A stretch of DNA of 60,159 bases, filler included, from Sanchytrium tribonematis (lineage: Eukaryota), in the NCBI GenBank assembly GCA_018985235.1. It is 9 parts of 9 records of this genome, joined end to end, with 100 filler letters (N's around TTAATTAATTAA, not from the genome) between each part and the next. Parts side by side here need not be neighbours in the genome. Positions count along the whole stretch, not along the records: positions 6,764 to 13,419 come from JADGIG010000510.1; positions 13,520 to 20,151 come from JADGIG010000511.1; positions 20,252 to 26,849 come from JADGIG010000512.1; 6 more parts are not named here. One strand, 5' to 3'. Both the position numbers and the translations under genes were made by a program. The notes below the pieces were generated by a model, which saw nothing but the letters and a program-made list of their open reading frames with translations, had not been told where the DNA came from and searched no databases. This document shows positions 12,019 to 23,501 of this stretch, in pieces. The first letter of the stretch is position 1. Each line of letters starts with the position of its first letter.

Positions 12019-12376
12019 TTTAATAAATATTTATTTTGGAGACTGAAAAATTAATCGTATTATTATAGATCGAATTTTATTTCCTGTTTAAAAATTTAAA
12101 AAATTCAGCATTGAGTGAATTTAAAATTGAGTCGCTAACCTTGTTTTCTTAAAAATTCCAGTTTCGAGTTCATATGAGAGTTATATAATCATATTCCAAC
12201 TTTGAATTACTAGTGCAATTTGGATATAATAATTAGACTAACTGCTGATGAACAATTACGCTACTTAAAATATATGAAAAGTAGACTAAAAATGAATTTA
12301 TAGATAGATTTGTTCAAATTTAATTCATTTGTGTTCCATCTTTATTATGAGATGAAATTAGTTCTATTGATGATTA

Positions 12377-12925
12377 TTATGTATTTAAACTTTGAAAATG
12401 AGGGAAGAATAAAGAGCAACTTTCTGACTTGTAATCAATTGTTAAAGTTGCTGCCATTTTTAATAGAAAAGATGCCCCAATCAAATTGATTTCTTTATAA
12501 TGACCCTCTACTTCACCAATATACAATGGACTCATTGACGCATCTAATGTGTAATCACCAAACAGTAATTTAAAGGTTTTTGGAATGTGGTCACTAAACC
12601 CTAATTTTTTCATTGCAAGATCACATACATACAGATTTGGACAACCAGTGTCCACTAAGAAAATGATATTGACCCACTTTTTGTGTTTCTTGCTGGCTAC
12701 TACAAGATTAATCATCGGTCGAGCGTTTGACCCAAAAAGGATACCGCTAACAGATGGTTTAAAAACAGGATTATGAACTGTGTCGAGATACTTGACATTT
12801 AACTGATCAGCTATACGTCCCACTAAATCGTTGTGCTTAACATCAATTAATAAAACATTGTAATCTGATGGGGGAATATAATCAATTGGTTCCATTACAT
12901 CTGCATCTTTCGCGTTAATGCACAT
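12377..12925 (-). CDS. Stand-alone retropepsin-like aspartic protease
   Basis: IFLVDTGCP and NLIGASFL motifs. Confidence 0.75.
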   Translation of the reverse strand: MCINAKDADVMEPIDYIPPSDYNVLLIDVKHNDLVGRIADQLNVKYLDTVHNPVFKPSVSGILFGSNARPMINLVVASKKHKKWVNIIFLVDTGCPNLYVCDLAMKKLGFSDHIPKTFKLLFGDYTLDASMSPLYIGEVEGHYKEINLIGASFLLKMAATLTIDYKSESCSLFFPHFQSLNT

Positions 12926-12944
12926 ATTTATCACTTTTGAAACA

Positions 12945-13419
12945 ATGGAGTTTCAATTGACAAAAACAAAGTGCAATAAAATTGATAACTTAAAAGAAAC
13001 GCAACGATATAAAAAATTGGAAAAATTCATATCTACCACTGACCCCGATATTCTAGCAAATCCACTAAATAAAGGCAAGATTATGAATGCTTGCCCTTTG
13101 GAACTTAAGATTACTATGATTGATTTTCTTAACAAAACTTATAAGATCAGGGATACTTTTGAGATTGAAAATTTCTACAAAAGCAATACCAAATCTGTGC
13201 ATTTGAGCGAAATTTGCACCAATAAAAAAACGTGCCCTTTGAATCATGTAAAATTGGAAAATTTAGCTAAAGAAATAGAATCGTTACAGAAGAAGGTTGA
13301 CTTTATGGATCTGAGCTGGAATTCTTTGCTGTCTGTTATGAATCCAAAATATCCACCAATGATTACTGAGAAATGTTTGGAAATTTTGCCATCTTTAATT
13401 CCAAAATACAAGGAATACA
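12945..13419 (+). CDS. Hypothetical protein with short coiled coil, running into a duplicated RalGAP fragment; truncated
   Basis: Open frame to contig end; last 100 nt copy 10537-10636. Confidence 0.45.
13320..13419 (+). repeat. 100-nt direct copy of 10537-10636 with one mismatch
   Basis: Direct sequence comparison. Confidence 0.95.
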
Positions 13420-13519
13420 NNNNNNNNNNNNNNNNNNNNNNNNNNNNNNNNNNNNNNNNNNNNTTAATTAATTAANNNNNNNNNNNNNNNNNNNNNNNNN
13501 NNNNNNNNNNNNNNNNNNN

Positions 13520-14110
13520 GTCAATTTATCAATTTTACCGTGTCTTTCATACGACCCTGAATCCTTTCCTGTTAAAAGTGGTGATGAGATTATCGTACAG
13601 TACGGTTTTCGAAGGTTCATCATCAATCCCGTATTCTCAAAGCAAACTAATGGGTCCACCAACAATGTACATAAGCTCGACCCATTTCTTCACGGACCCA
13701 GTGTCGTATCAACAGTTTTACCTGTGACTTTTAATTGTGGCCCTATTCTTTATTTCCGCAACGTACATGGTAACATGAAATTTCTTGGTAGCGGGGCTTT
13801 TTTAAATGCAGATTTTAAAAGAATAATAGCCAAACGAGTAGTATTGACTGCAGATCCCTTTAAAGTCAAAGCCACTCACAAAGGCGTGGTAGTGCGATTT
13901 ATGTTTTTCAATGCTGAAGATGTTAATTATTTCAAGCCAATTAAGTTATATACAAAGTATGGCCGACGCGGCCGGATTAAGGAAAGCTTAGGAACTCACG
14001 GTTATATGAAGTGCATCTTCAACAATCCTATTCAGCACCATGATTGTGTTTGTATGGCTCTATACAAGCGCGTTTTTCCTGATACAAACTACAAGATTTA
14101 CATTGAATAA
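13520..14110 (+). CDS. TSR1: Pre-rRNA processing protein TSR1, C-terminal part; 5' truncated
   Basis: RFMFFNAEDVNYFKP, GRRGRIKESLGTHGYMKC, LYKRVFP; frame open from contig start. Confidence 0.93.
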   Translation, partial: VNLSILPCLSYDPESFPVKSGDEIIVQYGFRRFIINPVFSKQTNGSTNNVHKLDPFLHGPSVVSTVLPVTFNCGPILYFRNVHGNMKFLGSGAFLNADFKRIIAKRVVLTADPFKVKATHKGVVVRFMFFNAEDVNYFKPIKLYTKYGRRGRIKESLGTHGYMKCIFNNPIQHHDCVCMALYKRVFPDTNYKIYIE

Positions 14111-14467
14111 TAAATTAAATGTAAACACTGAGAACATTTATTAGATTTTATCCATGTTTAAGCACATTTTGATAATAAACCGCAAAGAAAGGCAAACCAA
14201 ATGCGACTGCACTTCCACCAAATACGTATAATCCTAATTTTGGCTTTGAGCCACTAAATGGTAGCGGATTGGCCTTATGAGCCATTCTTCTGAACATTAC
14301 ATTTGTCATCATATTCTTCTAAAACGTGGAGAATTTTTAAAAATTTAAAATCCCGAATTAAAAGCCAATTTGAATCTGTGTGATATTAATAGCAATGGCC
14401 TTAAGTCATGAGCTAGTTAAAAATTTCTTCTTGTAATCAAGCGTTTGGTCAAAATCGTGCTAGGCCA

Positions 14468-14959
14468 ATGTTTGAACTTGGACCACCAGACGCTAGAAGA
14501 CTGAATCCATTAGACTGTTTTCTAAATGGACCGGATGAGCTGGACCTTTTTCCTCCATTTCATTTACCGTATATTCAGGATTTAATGAGCCCTATTCCCA
14601 TTACTCCAAGTTCTTCAGCTGACTTTGACCCAGTGCTTGACGATAAAAAATTCTCATGTCCCCACCCAGAGTGTCCTAAAGTATTTTCTAGGCTACACAA
14701 CCTCAAATCACATTATCTAATTCACACCAACGACAGACCATATGTTTGTAAAACTTGTAATATGGCTTTTCGTAGAAACCATGACTTGAGAAGACATGAA
14801 AGACTACATACTGGCCTTAAACCATTTGCTTGTCACCAATGTGGCAAGAGATTTTCAAGAAGTGATGCTTTAAAAAGACATCAGAAAGTGGAAATGCTAA
14901 ACCAACAAAAAAGTGTGGAAGATTTGATGATGAATTTACCTCCACCGCACTTTGAATAA
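14468..14959 (+). CDS. C2H2 zinc-finger transcription factor, three fingers
   Basis: Three C2H2-type repeats with HTNDRPY and HTGLKPF linkers. Confidence 0.92.
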   Translation: MFELGPPDARRLNPLDCFLNGPDELDLFPPFHLPYIQDLMSPIPITPSSSADFDPVLDDKKFSCPHPECPKVFSRLHNLKSHYLIHTNDRPYVCKTCNMAFRRNHDLRRHERLHTGLKPFACHQCGKRFSRSDALKRHQKVEMLNQQKSVEDLMMNLPPPHFE

Positions 14960-15018
14960 CAAAATTGTATTGTTAAATAAATTGTAGATAAACACAAATA
15001 ATTTTTGAAGCAGTAACA

Positions 15019-15888
15019 ATGTTAAAATTATGTAATATTTTACGAGCTAAGATCCAATCTGTGGCTGTTGTTGGTGCCGGTCAAATGGGCAGTGGAATAG
15101 CATACGTAAATGCAGCACATGCTAAAAAAAAGACCATCATTATTGATAACGAACAAGCGTTGAAAAAAGCTCAAACATATTTGTCAAAATTATTGGACAA
15201 GGATGAATCCAAAAGTAAATTGCTAGAGCCAAAAAGTAACATAAGCAACAGATTTAGTTTTGTGTCATCAATCGATAATCTGAAGGCTGACTTTGTAATT
15301 GAGGCCATCCCTGAAGTATTTGAGTGGAAAAGGGACTTATTCCTAAAGCTAGACCAAGTCTTACCAGATCATAGCATTATTGCTTCAAATACTTCCTCGA
15401 TCCCTATCACCAAATTAGCTGCTGTCACAAAAAGACCGAAACAAGTGATCGGGCAACATTTTATGAATCCAGTGCCTGTTCTAAAACTTGTCGAGATTAT
15501 TAAAGGCTTTGAAACAAGCAACGAGACATATGACACAACTGTTCAACTTACAAAAGAAATGAATAAGACTATAACTACTAGTACAGATGTACCTGGTTTT
15601 ATTTCTAATAGATTACTGTGTCCTTTCATCAATGAGGCAATTATTGCCTTGGAACATGGGATTGGAACTAAAGAGGATATTGATACTACAATGTGCTTGG
15701 GTATGGCACATCCAATGGGTCCTTTGAAACTTGCTGATCTAATCGGGTTAGACACGGTACTCAATATTATGAACATATTACACGCCGAACTTGGAGACAA
15801 ATACAGACCAAGCAACTTGTTAAAAACAATGGTCTTTGCAAAAAAGTTTGGAAGGAAATCCGGTGAAGGATTTTACAACTATAAATAA
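15019..15888 (+). CDS. 3-hydroxyacyl (3-hydroxybutyryl)-CoA dehydrogenase
   Basis: GAGQMGSGIA, ASNTSSI, HFMNP, PMGPLKLADLIGLD. Confidence 0.95.
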   Translation: MLKLCNILRAKIQSVAVVGAGQMGSGIAYVNAAHAKKKTIIIDNEQALKKAQTYLSKLLDKDESKSKLLEPKSNISNRFSFVSSIDNLKADFVIEAIPEVFEWKRDLFLKLDQVLPDHSIIASNTSSIPITKLAAVTKRPKQVIGQHFMNPVPVLKLVEIIKGFETSNETYDTTVQLTKEMNKTITTSTDVPGFISNRLLCPFINEAIIALEHGIGTKEDIDTTMCLGMAHPMGPLKLADLIGLDTVLNIMNILHAELGDKYRPSNLLKTMVFAKKFGRKSGEGFYNYK

Positions 15889-15889
15889 A

Positions 15890-16312
15890 TTATCGATTTA
15901 CTTCTGCCATGGGTTTTTGGACAATCCTAATTGGCATTTCATTAAGTATGTTTTGTATTCTCTCTAACACGTTCTCATCCATTAGAGCATCATTAATTCT
16001 GGATATCCCGTCCATTAATTTGCTAACTTTTATTTCGCACTCGCGAAGTTTATTGACTTTTCTCTGCTCCTCATTCCAGAACTCTGTAATGAGATCCTTG
16101 TCAATTATGCTGCATTCTTCCTCCCAACTGCAAAATGCAGCAGGGCAGTCCAACCATTGAACATAATATTCAAAGGAATTAGAATCGTTATTGTAGCGAT
16201 AGCTCAAAATTCTTTCAACGTAATACACATTGTCATTTGAGATATCGGTGATGTCAATTTGATCATCAGATTCAGTTCCACTTGACGAAGAAGAATTGGA
16301 TCTGGAATGCAT
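15890..16312 (-). CDS. Chromodomain protein
   Basis: YYVERILSYR...EYYVQWLD...SWEEE. Confidence 0.85.
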   Translation of the reverse strand: MHSRSNSSSSSGTESDDQIDITDISNDNVYYVERILSYRYNNDSNSFEYYVQWLDCPAAFCSWEEECSIIDKDLITEFWNEEQRKVNKLRECEIKVSKLMDGISRINDALMDENVLERIQNILNEMPIRIVQKPMAEVNR

Positions 16313-16388
16313 TTTTATTCTGACAAAGGAGAAATTTACATTACACAGATTTTAAACCAAGTGTCACAGAGAAATATAAAGATTTGAT

Positions 16389-17579
16389 TTATTCTAAAGC
16401 TGCTTCTTCTTCCATTTTCAAATCTTTTTTCAATGTACCCATAAATTGAGTCTTTTCTGACACAGTTTGGAATCTTCCATGTCCAAATTTAGAAGCAGTA
16501 TCAATAAATTTAACATTGACTTCCTCCAATGCATCTCTTGAAGAATGGACCAATAATGATTTTCTTAATGTAATCACACGCTTAGTAACACCAACGACAG
16601 ATCCTTTGATCATTAAAAAGTCTTCATTGACAAAACCGTAATGTGGGAATCCACCAAGAGGTGTAATTGATTTTTCAGTCATGTCGAATGAGGTAGTAGC
16701 AGATTTGCTGTCTGCTCCATTTGCAATTCTGTAAATCTTCTTGTTTGCTTCAACACGATGATAAAATCCATCTTGACCAGCACGAGGAACAGAGTACATA
16801 ACTCTGGAAGGATGCCATGCACCGATACAAGCAACCTTTCTAAGACCTCTGTGTGTCTTTCTTGGTAATTTTTTAGTACCCCATCTGTGGGTGACACCCT
16901 CATTACCTTTACCTTTGGTGATGGAGATTGTGTCAATTAATTCATTTTCACCAAAGACAGACTTAATGTCTATTTCTTTCTCTAAATGTTCTTTTGCCCA
17001 CTTGACCTTGTCAGCTACAGTACCACCATTAAGTTGGATTTCTAAAATGTGGGCTTTCTTTTGACCAATTTTAACTTTTTTAATTTGAGAGTGTGCAATG
17101 ACTCTAACAATATTGCAGTATTTTTCAATTTTCTTTAATTCTGCTTCAATTTTTTGAGGCTCTTTGGAGTATTTTGTAGAGTATTTGGTGAATGCCTTCT
17201 TTTTTGACTTGTACCAATTCTTGTAAAATCTTCTTAAACATTCTTCATTGATATGTTCTGCCCAGACTGTTGTTAATGATCTCAAACCTTTTGGGGTTTC
17301 GATATATCCAACGACACCAACAATTACAATTGGTGGGGTTTCAATAATAGTAACTGGTTCGACAACCTCTTTCTTGTGGACTCTGCTACCAGGTCTATCA
17401 ACATCACGAACAATATGGGTCATTCCAGCTTTGTAACCAATATAAGCAGTTAAATGTACCGGCTTTGAAGGATCATCCTTTGGAAATGACTTGATCTTAC
17501 CCTTTCCTCTCTTACATCTTTTGCGAGGTAAAAATCCGAGGGATCCGTGACGTGGGTGTTCAAATTTACGATGAGACAT
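16389..17579 (-). CDS. RPL3: 60S ribosomal protein L3 (uL3)
   Basis: [32 protein letters not shown]. Confidence 0.99.
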   Translation of the reverse strand: MSHRKFEHPRHGSLGFLPRKRCKRGKGKIKSFPKDDPSKPVHLTAYIGYKAGMTHIVRDVDRPGSRVHKKEVVEPVTIIETPPIVIVGVVGYIETPKGLRSLTTVWAEHINEECLRRFYKNWYKSKKKAFTKYSTKYSKEPQKIEAELKKIEKYCNIVRVIAHSQIKKVKIGQKKAHILEIQLNGGTVADKVKWAKEHLEKEIDIKSVFGENELIDTISITKGKGNEGVTHRWGTKKLPRKTHRGLRKVACIGAWHPSRVMYSVPRAGQDGFYHRVEANKKIYRIANGADSKSATTSFDMTEKSITPLGGFPHYGFVNEDFLMIKGSVVGVTKRVITLRKSLLVHSSRDALEEVNVKFIDTASKFGHGRFQTVSEKTQFMGTLKKDLKMEEEAALE

Positions 17580-17623
17580 TTATTGTAAAAAAATTCATTG
17601 CAAAAATTTTGACAGAACACGTG

Positions 17624-18019
17624 CTACAGCCAATCAAATGTTGAAAAATAATTTATAAAAAAGCATCGGTATCCCCTCCTTATAAAACTTTTGTTTTCTG
17701 CAAAGATGAACGTGAATTTTATCTGCTTACTAATGATATATTCCTCGTCCTGAGCAGTCTATTTATTTTAATTTACGTAATATTTTTGCCTGAACTTAAA
17801 ATCAGAATCTTTGCCAATAGCAATAATAGATCTGTATTCGCCATTTCTAATGCTTGTTATATAACTTATAGTATTTGTCAAATCAGCAGCTTCCTCCTGA
17901 ATTTCTTCACCCTTTCGATTCTTTCGCGTTGTAGTAGTTTGTTCAAGCGCTTGTTCAATAATTTTCTTCTTGTTTTTATCGACGCTTTTTCTTTTAACTT
18001 GACTCTTTGAGTTCTTCAT
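17624..18019 (-). CDS. Hypothetical basic protein, probably two exons (18-nt intron 17759-17776)
   Basis: ORF stop lies inside GTAAATTAAAATAAATAG; its removal extends the frame by about 44 codons. Confidence 0.4.
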
Positions 18020-18223
18020 TGAAACAAGGGTTATTTTTGTTGGGAATTCTCTATTTAACTGACAAATAAAATTTGATACATTTATTTGAAATTCTACAGA
18101 TCAATTTTTGAAAAAGTTGATGTTGAATATACTTTATATTTGAACATTTTAGTTGGAGAAAGAAGCGCTAGTAGCATATAAAATTTTGGTGTCTCCTAAT
18201 TTCCTGAAACACATACATCTAAA

Positions 18224-18448
18224 ATGAACCACTCTGAAAAAGTAGAACTTCAATCTAAAAATTTATCCAGCTACATTGAAGAGGAATTACGACAGTTTGA
18301 CTTAAATATGAAATTTGGACCTTGTTTAGATTTATCAAGGATGGAAAGGTGGGAAAGAGCTGAAAGTATGGGTTTGAATCCACCCTCCAATATCAAACCT
18401 TATCTTACGAATTCTCCTGCAAGCGTTCTAGCTCAGATAATTAAGTAA
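18224..18448 (+). CDS. POLD4: DNA polymerase delta subunit 4
   Basis: LRQFDLNMKFGPC...RMERWERAESMGLNPP. Confidence 0.9.
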   Translation: MNHSEKVELQSKNLSSYIEEELRQFDLNMKFGPCLDLSRMERWERAESMGLNPPSNIKPYLTNSPASVLAQIIK

Positions 18449-18484
18449 AATATTTATTCGGAAGTTCAGTCCTAATTTTTTCAC

Positions 18485-20047
18485 ATGAAACCTTTGTTGA
18501 TAAATTTGCCTCTTGAAATTTTGTCCAATATTTCAAAGTATTTAAACATGTCCGACATTTACAGTTTGATGATTTGCAGTTCAGAAATATATTTGACTAT
18601 AAATTCGGATGAATTCTGGAAAAATATGTATTTTAGCAAATATAATGCTTTTTCCAGTATTAGCAATTACAAATTGGAATACAAAAAAAGGCTTATGCAA
18701 ATCCATACAAAATCTTCTCGTTTTTGTAATTATTTATTCGAAGATCATATAGTTTTGGATATATTGCAAATTGAAAGGGATTTCACCTTGATTATTAGTG
18801 ATGACTTTAAGGTGAAAGTAGTCAGACTTCAAGGTTATAAATACTGGAAAAAATCTATAAATGAGTACCTTTTCCCATTGCAATCGTATTTTCTACAGCC
18901 ACATCGTCACCTGATAGTTAATCAAAGGCTTTGGCAACATCGCAAAGAGCCAGTAGATTTTGCACAAGCAGAGCCAATTAAACAATGCTGCTTTATTGAC
19001 GAGCAATCGGATGGAATACTGCTGCGCTATTCTCGGTACGTTGAATTGTTATTTAAATCGCAAACAATTGCGAAATTCGAAGCGCCTGATGATATTGAAT
19101 ATATGGTCCACAACAGGTTTGAGCTATTTATATTCTCGAGGCGCCGGCTTCACATATACAAAATCGATTTCAAGAAGCTAGAAGATCATTTATGCAAAAT
19201 TCATAATAGAGCCATTTCTTTTGAACTACCTTTTGAAGTAGATCAACCATATTTTAAAGCATATTATTATCCATTTTGTCTATTCCAGACGAATTTACGT
19301 CTATCTATTTACAATTTGGATTCCAAAATGTTGGAATTTAAGATCACTCTTTCCGAAGAGTCATTTTGCGCAGATATATTTAACCAGAACGTTCCAGTAT
19401 TGTGTGTTACTTATAAAAATGGCATTGTTCAATTATACGATATATCACAAAAGCTATTGTTAAATCACACTCAATTGAAAAATGAGGTGATATGCATTAA
19501 GCTCAGCGAGTATTTTTTGTTTGCTTGTACCAATGCAAATTTAATAATCATGGATTCGTCAACATTAATACCTAAGCGAATTATCAGTTTAAGAATGAAA
19601 GACATCAGATTAGCACCCAATATTTCCCCATTTCAAGTATTTTATCATCTTAAGGAAAACGATCTCACAATATGGATCTTTTTCAGTAATGGAACGACAA
19701 GATTTATAGAATTGGAGTGTTTTGCCTACAAAAAAGTTGCGCCAGCCTTACCTCCAAAAAGTAAACAAATTCCTGGATTACGATTGAAAGAAAGACATGC
19801 TCGAAATCCCGGCATCATGCAAAGAATCGAGCACGAGCAATGGGTTTTAGAGTATGATAACGAAAGAGACGAATTGAATCGATCTATACAGCGCAAATTC
19901 AATGGCAGCTCACAATTGTCCGAGGAAGAAATGATAAATCTTGCGATGCAATTATCTCTTGATCATCAAGACCAATCCGAAGCCAGGCAAAATCTGGAAG
20001 ATGCAGCTATTATAGAAGCTGTTCATTCGTCAATGAACAATAAATAA
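18485..20047 (+). CDS. F-box protein with C-terminal ubiquitin-interacting motifs
   Basis: N-terminal LINLPLEILSNISKYL; C-terminal SEEEMINLAMQLSL. Confidence 0.85.
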   Translation: MKPLLINLPLEILSNISKYLNMSDIYSLMICSSEIYLTINSDEFWKNMYFSKYNAFSSISNYKLEYKKRLMQIHTKSSRFCNYLFEDHIVLDILQIERDFTLIISDDFKVKVVRLQGYKYWKKSINEYLFPLQSYFLQPHRHLIVNQRLWQHRKEPVDFAQAEPIKQCCFIDEQSDGILLRYSRYVELLFKSQTIAKFEAPDDIEYMVHNRFELFIFSRRRLHIYKIDFKKLEDHLCKIHNRAISFELPFEVDQPYFKAYYYPFCLFQTNLRLSIYNLDSKMLEFKITLSEESFCADIFNQNVPVLCVTYKNGIVQLYDISQKLLLNHTQLKNEVICIKLSEYFLFACTNANLIIMDSSTLIPKRIISLRMKDIRLAPNISPFQVFYHLKENDLTIWIFFSNGTTRFIELECFAYKKVAPALPPKSKQIPGLRLKERHARNPGIMQRIEHEQWVLEYDNERDELNRSIQRKFNGSSQLSEEEMINLAMQLSLDHQDQSEARQNLEDAAIIEAVHSSMNNK

Positions 20048-20251
20048 CTTATCATGCGAATTAAATTACAATGAGAATTTAAATGAAACTAAAATAATAC
20101 TACACTAGGCCTATTTGCTTCAATTCCACCTCAAATAATTCTTTGAATCCCNNNNNNNNNNNNNNNNNNNNNNNNNNNNNNNNNNNNNNNNNNNNTTAAT
20201 TAATTAANNNNNNNNNNNNNNNNNNNNNNNNNNNNNNNNNNNNNNNNNNNN

Positions 20252-20466
20252 TCATTCAGGTAGTACAGATGTCTAGCCTCATTTGAAAAATATCCTTTGT
20301 TAGCAACATTGGCCTTTGGTACTTCTGGAATCTGCGCAACTTCGGTCTTTTGTTCTGGAAACAGCTTCATAGTTTTGAAGTCTGGCATAGTTACCTCCGG
20401 CATTTCTGCTAACTTTTGAAGTAGAGGATGTCGCTGAAAAAGGACAATTACTTTTCCTTGTTTCAT
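20252..20466 (-). CDS. Hypothetical protein, 3' truncated
   Basis: ATG-initiated frame open to contig edge. Confidence 0.45.
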
Positions 20467-20490
20467 GATGAAATCAAAGTCAGGAAATTT

Positions 20491-21459
20491 TCATTGCGTC
20501 TCCAATGATATTATTTGATCAACTATACCATCAATTTCATAATCCAAATCCTCTAAAGACTTTTTGAACAAAATTTCTCTTGTATTTTTAATTACTGCAA
20601 GCACCTCATTCCACTCATATAATTTTGTCTGTCTTTGTATTTGGTCGATTCTTCTCTTCCTTTCATTTTTTATATTTTCAACAAGTGAACCGCTCAATGT
20701 TAGTGACACGCTTTTTGTTGTATTAATAATACCAACAATTTTAGTAGCAGCAGTACTTTTTTTTTCAATCTCAAACAATGGATCCTGCAAATTGATAGAT
20801 CTATTATTTAAAGCCAATTCGGTCTTTTTCAAGGAGTCGGTGGCGTCTAAAACTTCTTTGATTTTCAGTTTCCTATCTTTTAATTTTGACAAAAGTATTT
20901 CCCTTTCAACATCCTTTGTCTTTCGAATAGCAAACAGCTTGTCTTCCTCTAAAGCACTAACATTTCCCAAAATTGTAGGTTCAAGTTTTGTGATCTCGCC
21001 AGCCTTTAATTCATTTGTACATGGCAACAATTTTTTAGAATCATTAAGTTTTGCAGCAAATTCTATATCACTATTACTTTTTACACTCACAGAATTTCTA
21101 TATTTTGAAGATTTAAGCAAGCTTTGAGTTTTCATTCTTAAGTCGTTTTCTAGTCGCGTAACTTTAAGGGAAGATTCGATATTTGTGAATCCGTTATTCT
21201 TTCCACCTTTAATGGACTTTGCTGACTTTTTTGTGGAAGGTAGTCTCTCTCTTTGCTTGAGCATGTTTTGGATGGCTCTATGAATTCTATAATCAGTTTC
21301 TTCTAAATTTCCAATTCCAATATTTTTCCCCTGCGAAGTTACCAAGCCAGATTTTGTTCTTATGTCCAAATGAACAGGAGACAAATCAAATTTTTTCCTA
21401 GAACCGGTTGTATTGTTGTCTCGAAATGGTATGTCGAAGTGAATACTTTTTTTCGACAT
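20491..21459 (-). CDS. Hypothetical Lys-rich coiled-coil protein
   Basis: 322-aa ORF, no recognisable motif. Confidence 0.65.
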   Translation of the reverse strand: MSKKSIHFDIPFRDNNTTGSRKKFDLSPVHLDIRTKSGLVTSQGKNIGIGNLEETDYRIHRAIQNMLKQRERLPSTKKSAKSIKGGKNNGFTNIESSLKVTRLENDLRMKTQSLLKSSKYRNSVSVKSNSDIEFAAKLNDSKKLLPCTNELKAGEITKLEPTILGNVSALEEDKLFAIRKTKDVEREILLSKLKDRKLKIKEVLDATDSLKKTELALNNRSINLQDPLFEIEKKSTAATKIVGIINTTKSVSLTLSGSLVENIKNERKRRIDQIQRQTKLYEWNEVLAVIKNTREILFKKSLEDLDYEIDGIVDQIISLETQ

Positions 21460-21509
21460 TGAAAGTTATATTTTTTGTTTCAACTTATATTGAGGAAATT
21501 GAGATGTAT

Positions 21510-22587
21510 TTATTTAGCCCATGATTCATTCAAACGAGATAAGGCAAACTCCGTATCTTGCCAGCCGATACAAGCGTCTGTGATAGATTTGCCGTATTCC
21601 AAAGCATCAGTTGATGATAGTTTTTGATTGCCTTCCACTAAATGACTTTCAATCATAACGCCTAATAAATGCTCTTTAACCCTCTTGTTTGAATTGCAAA
21701 GACTGTTGACGACATCCAGTTGCTTCTTAAATTGTTTCTGGGAATTCCCATGTGAGCAGTCCACCATAACTTTTTCTTGTAGCCCATTTTTTGCAAGTAG
21801 CTCATTTACACCTAAAATAGATTTCTCGTCATAATTAGGACCATTTTTAGATCCTCTCAAAATTGTATGAACGTCAGCATTACCAGTGGTTTCAACAATA
21901 GCTGTCAATCCTTGCTTTGTAACTGACAAAAAACAGTGAGGCGATTTGGAAGCTAAAAGCGCATCAATGCAAATCTGATAATCACCAGATGTACTATTTT
22001 TAAAACCGATTGGCATAGAAAGTCCTGAACTTAGTTCCCTGTGAACCTAAATTATATAAAATTACTTGACTTTCTGTAGTCCTAGCACCGATTGCACCCC
22101 AAGAGACTAGATCAGCAATAAACTGAGGTGAAATAGTGTCCAAAAATTCAACAGCGCATGGAAGTCCTAATTCATTTATATCTCTGAGAAGCCCTCGTGA
22201 AAGACGCAAACCATCATTTATCCGAAAACTTCCATCTAAATTTGGATCATTGATTAAGCCCTTCCATCCCACAGTAGTTCTAGGTTTTTCAAAGTACACC
22301 CTCATTACTATAAATAGATTTGGATATCGATCTTTGATTGTATTTAATTTTTTTGCATACTCAAGAGCACTCTTGGGATCATGTATAGAACATGGCCCCA
22401 CAATTACTAGGAGTCTATCGTCTGTTCCGTTTAGAATACGACTAATCATATTTCTTCCCAATTTAATTGTAAGAGCTGCGTTGTCCGTTAAAGGAATCTC
22501 TTCCAAAAGAATCTCAGGTGGTAGAAGAGGCCTGATTCTTTGAATTCTTACATCATCAAGATCATTTAATGAGTCGCCATACAACAT
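21510..22587 (-). CDS. Class I DAHP synthase (ARO3/ARO4 family); intron 22047-22065
   Basis: GPCSIHD, EKPRTTVGWKG, VDCSHGNS, ITDACIGW; splicing restores GARTTESQ|VHRELSSGLSMPIGFKN. Confidence 0.96.
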
Positions 22588-22671
22588 AATAATACCTAAA
22601 CAAAGGGGTGGGGGTTAAAAATTTATATATCTACTTGTCCAATCAAGCACAGCTGCAAGCACAATATTATC

Positions 22672-23163
22672 TTATAGTAAGAAATAATAACGAGGTCTTT
22701 TATTAAAATCACCACCTGCGCCAATAGCTCCATATCCACCTCTATTGGCGTCAAAGTCTGGTCTTTTTTCATCTCTCACTTGACCGCCCGATCGACCTCT
22801 TCCAAATTGTCTCCCCTCTATAAAACCGTAATCCAAGTCCACTCGAATCAATTGGTCATCTAATTTAAGCCTGTTGAGGTATCTTACAGATCTTTCTGCT
22901 GCATCTCTGGATGAAAACTCTACGAAGCAAAACCCACAAGGAGTTTTCTTAATGCGATCTAAACCCATGATTATTTTGTTAATAGGACCAGCTTGCCCAA
23001 AAAAAGTGTAAAGTTGCTCTTCTGTGGTGTAAAAGCTTACATTCCCAACATAAACGGTAGTTGTTTTTCCAATTAATTCCTTATATTCATCCGGACTACC
23101 TTTGAATTGGCGATCAATGTAGGAGCTAGGACCTGCAGCATCTTGAAATAACATTAGCATCAT
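22672..23163 (-). CDS. NCBP2: Nuclear cap-binding protein subunit 2 (CBP20)
   Basis: [39 protein letters not shown]; first ATG at 23163. Confidence 0.95.
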   Translation of the reverse strand: MMLMLFQDAAGPSSYIDRQFKGSPDEYKELIGKTTTVYVGNVSFYTTEEQLYTFFGQAGPINKIIMGLDRIKKTPCGFCFVEFSSRDAAERSVRYLNRLKLDDQLIRVDLDYGFIEGRQFGRGRSGGQVRDEKRPDFDANRGGYGAIGAGGDFNKRPRYYFLL

Positions 23164-23199
23164 TTTGGTACAACTGAAGTTTCGCTCAAAACTCCTTGT

Positions 23200-23478
23200 A
23201 TGATTGGATTTGCAAAAAGATTCTTGAGCTTGCCAAAACAGGATGTCAGCGCTAGAATTTTGACACTTCTCAAGGGCTTTGACAAAGTAGATCCCATCAA
23301 GGTAAATGCAGAGGCCCATTTTCTAAATGATCTGAAGTTGGATAGCTTGGACGTTACAGAGGTGATAATGCATGTAGAAGAAGAGTTTCGAATTCAGATA
23401 CCTGATGAGGTTGCTGATGATGTGACAAATGTCAAACAGCTAATTGAGCACATTTCAGGCCGACCAGATGCAATATAA
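23200..23478 (+). CDS. ACP1: Mitochondrial acyl carrier protein
   Basis: LDSLD phosphopantetheine site, EEEF, short presequence. Confidence 0.93.
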   Translation: MIGFAKRFLSLPKQDVSARILTLLKGFDKVDPIKVNAEAHFLNDLKLDSLDVTEVIMHVEEEFRIQIPDEVADDVTNVKQLIEHISGRPDAI

Positions 23479-23501
23479 TAAATGAAAATTAGGATAACAC
23501 A

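Noticed and set aside
20466..20493. TGA readthrough joining 20491-21459 to the in-frame downstream ORF
   Set aside because: In-frame spacing occurs one time in three by chance; the downstream ORF has its own ATG and there is no homology support
23164..23319. N-terminal extension of CBP20
   Set aside because: Antisense to the ACP gene; CBP20 similarity starts only after 23163
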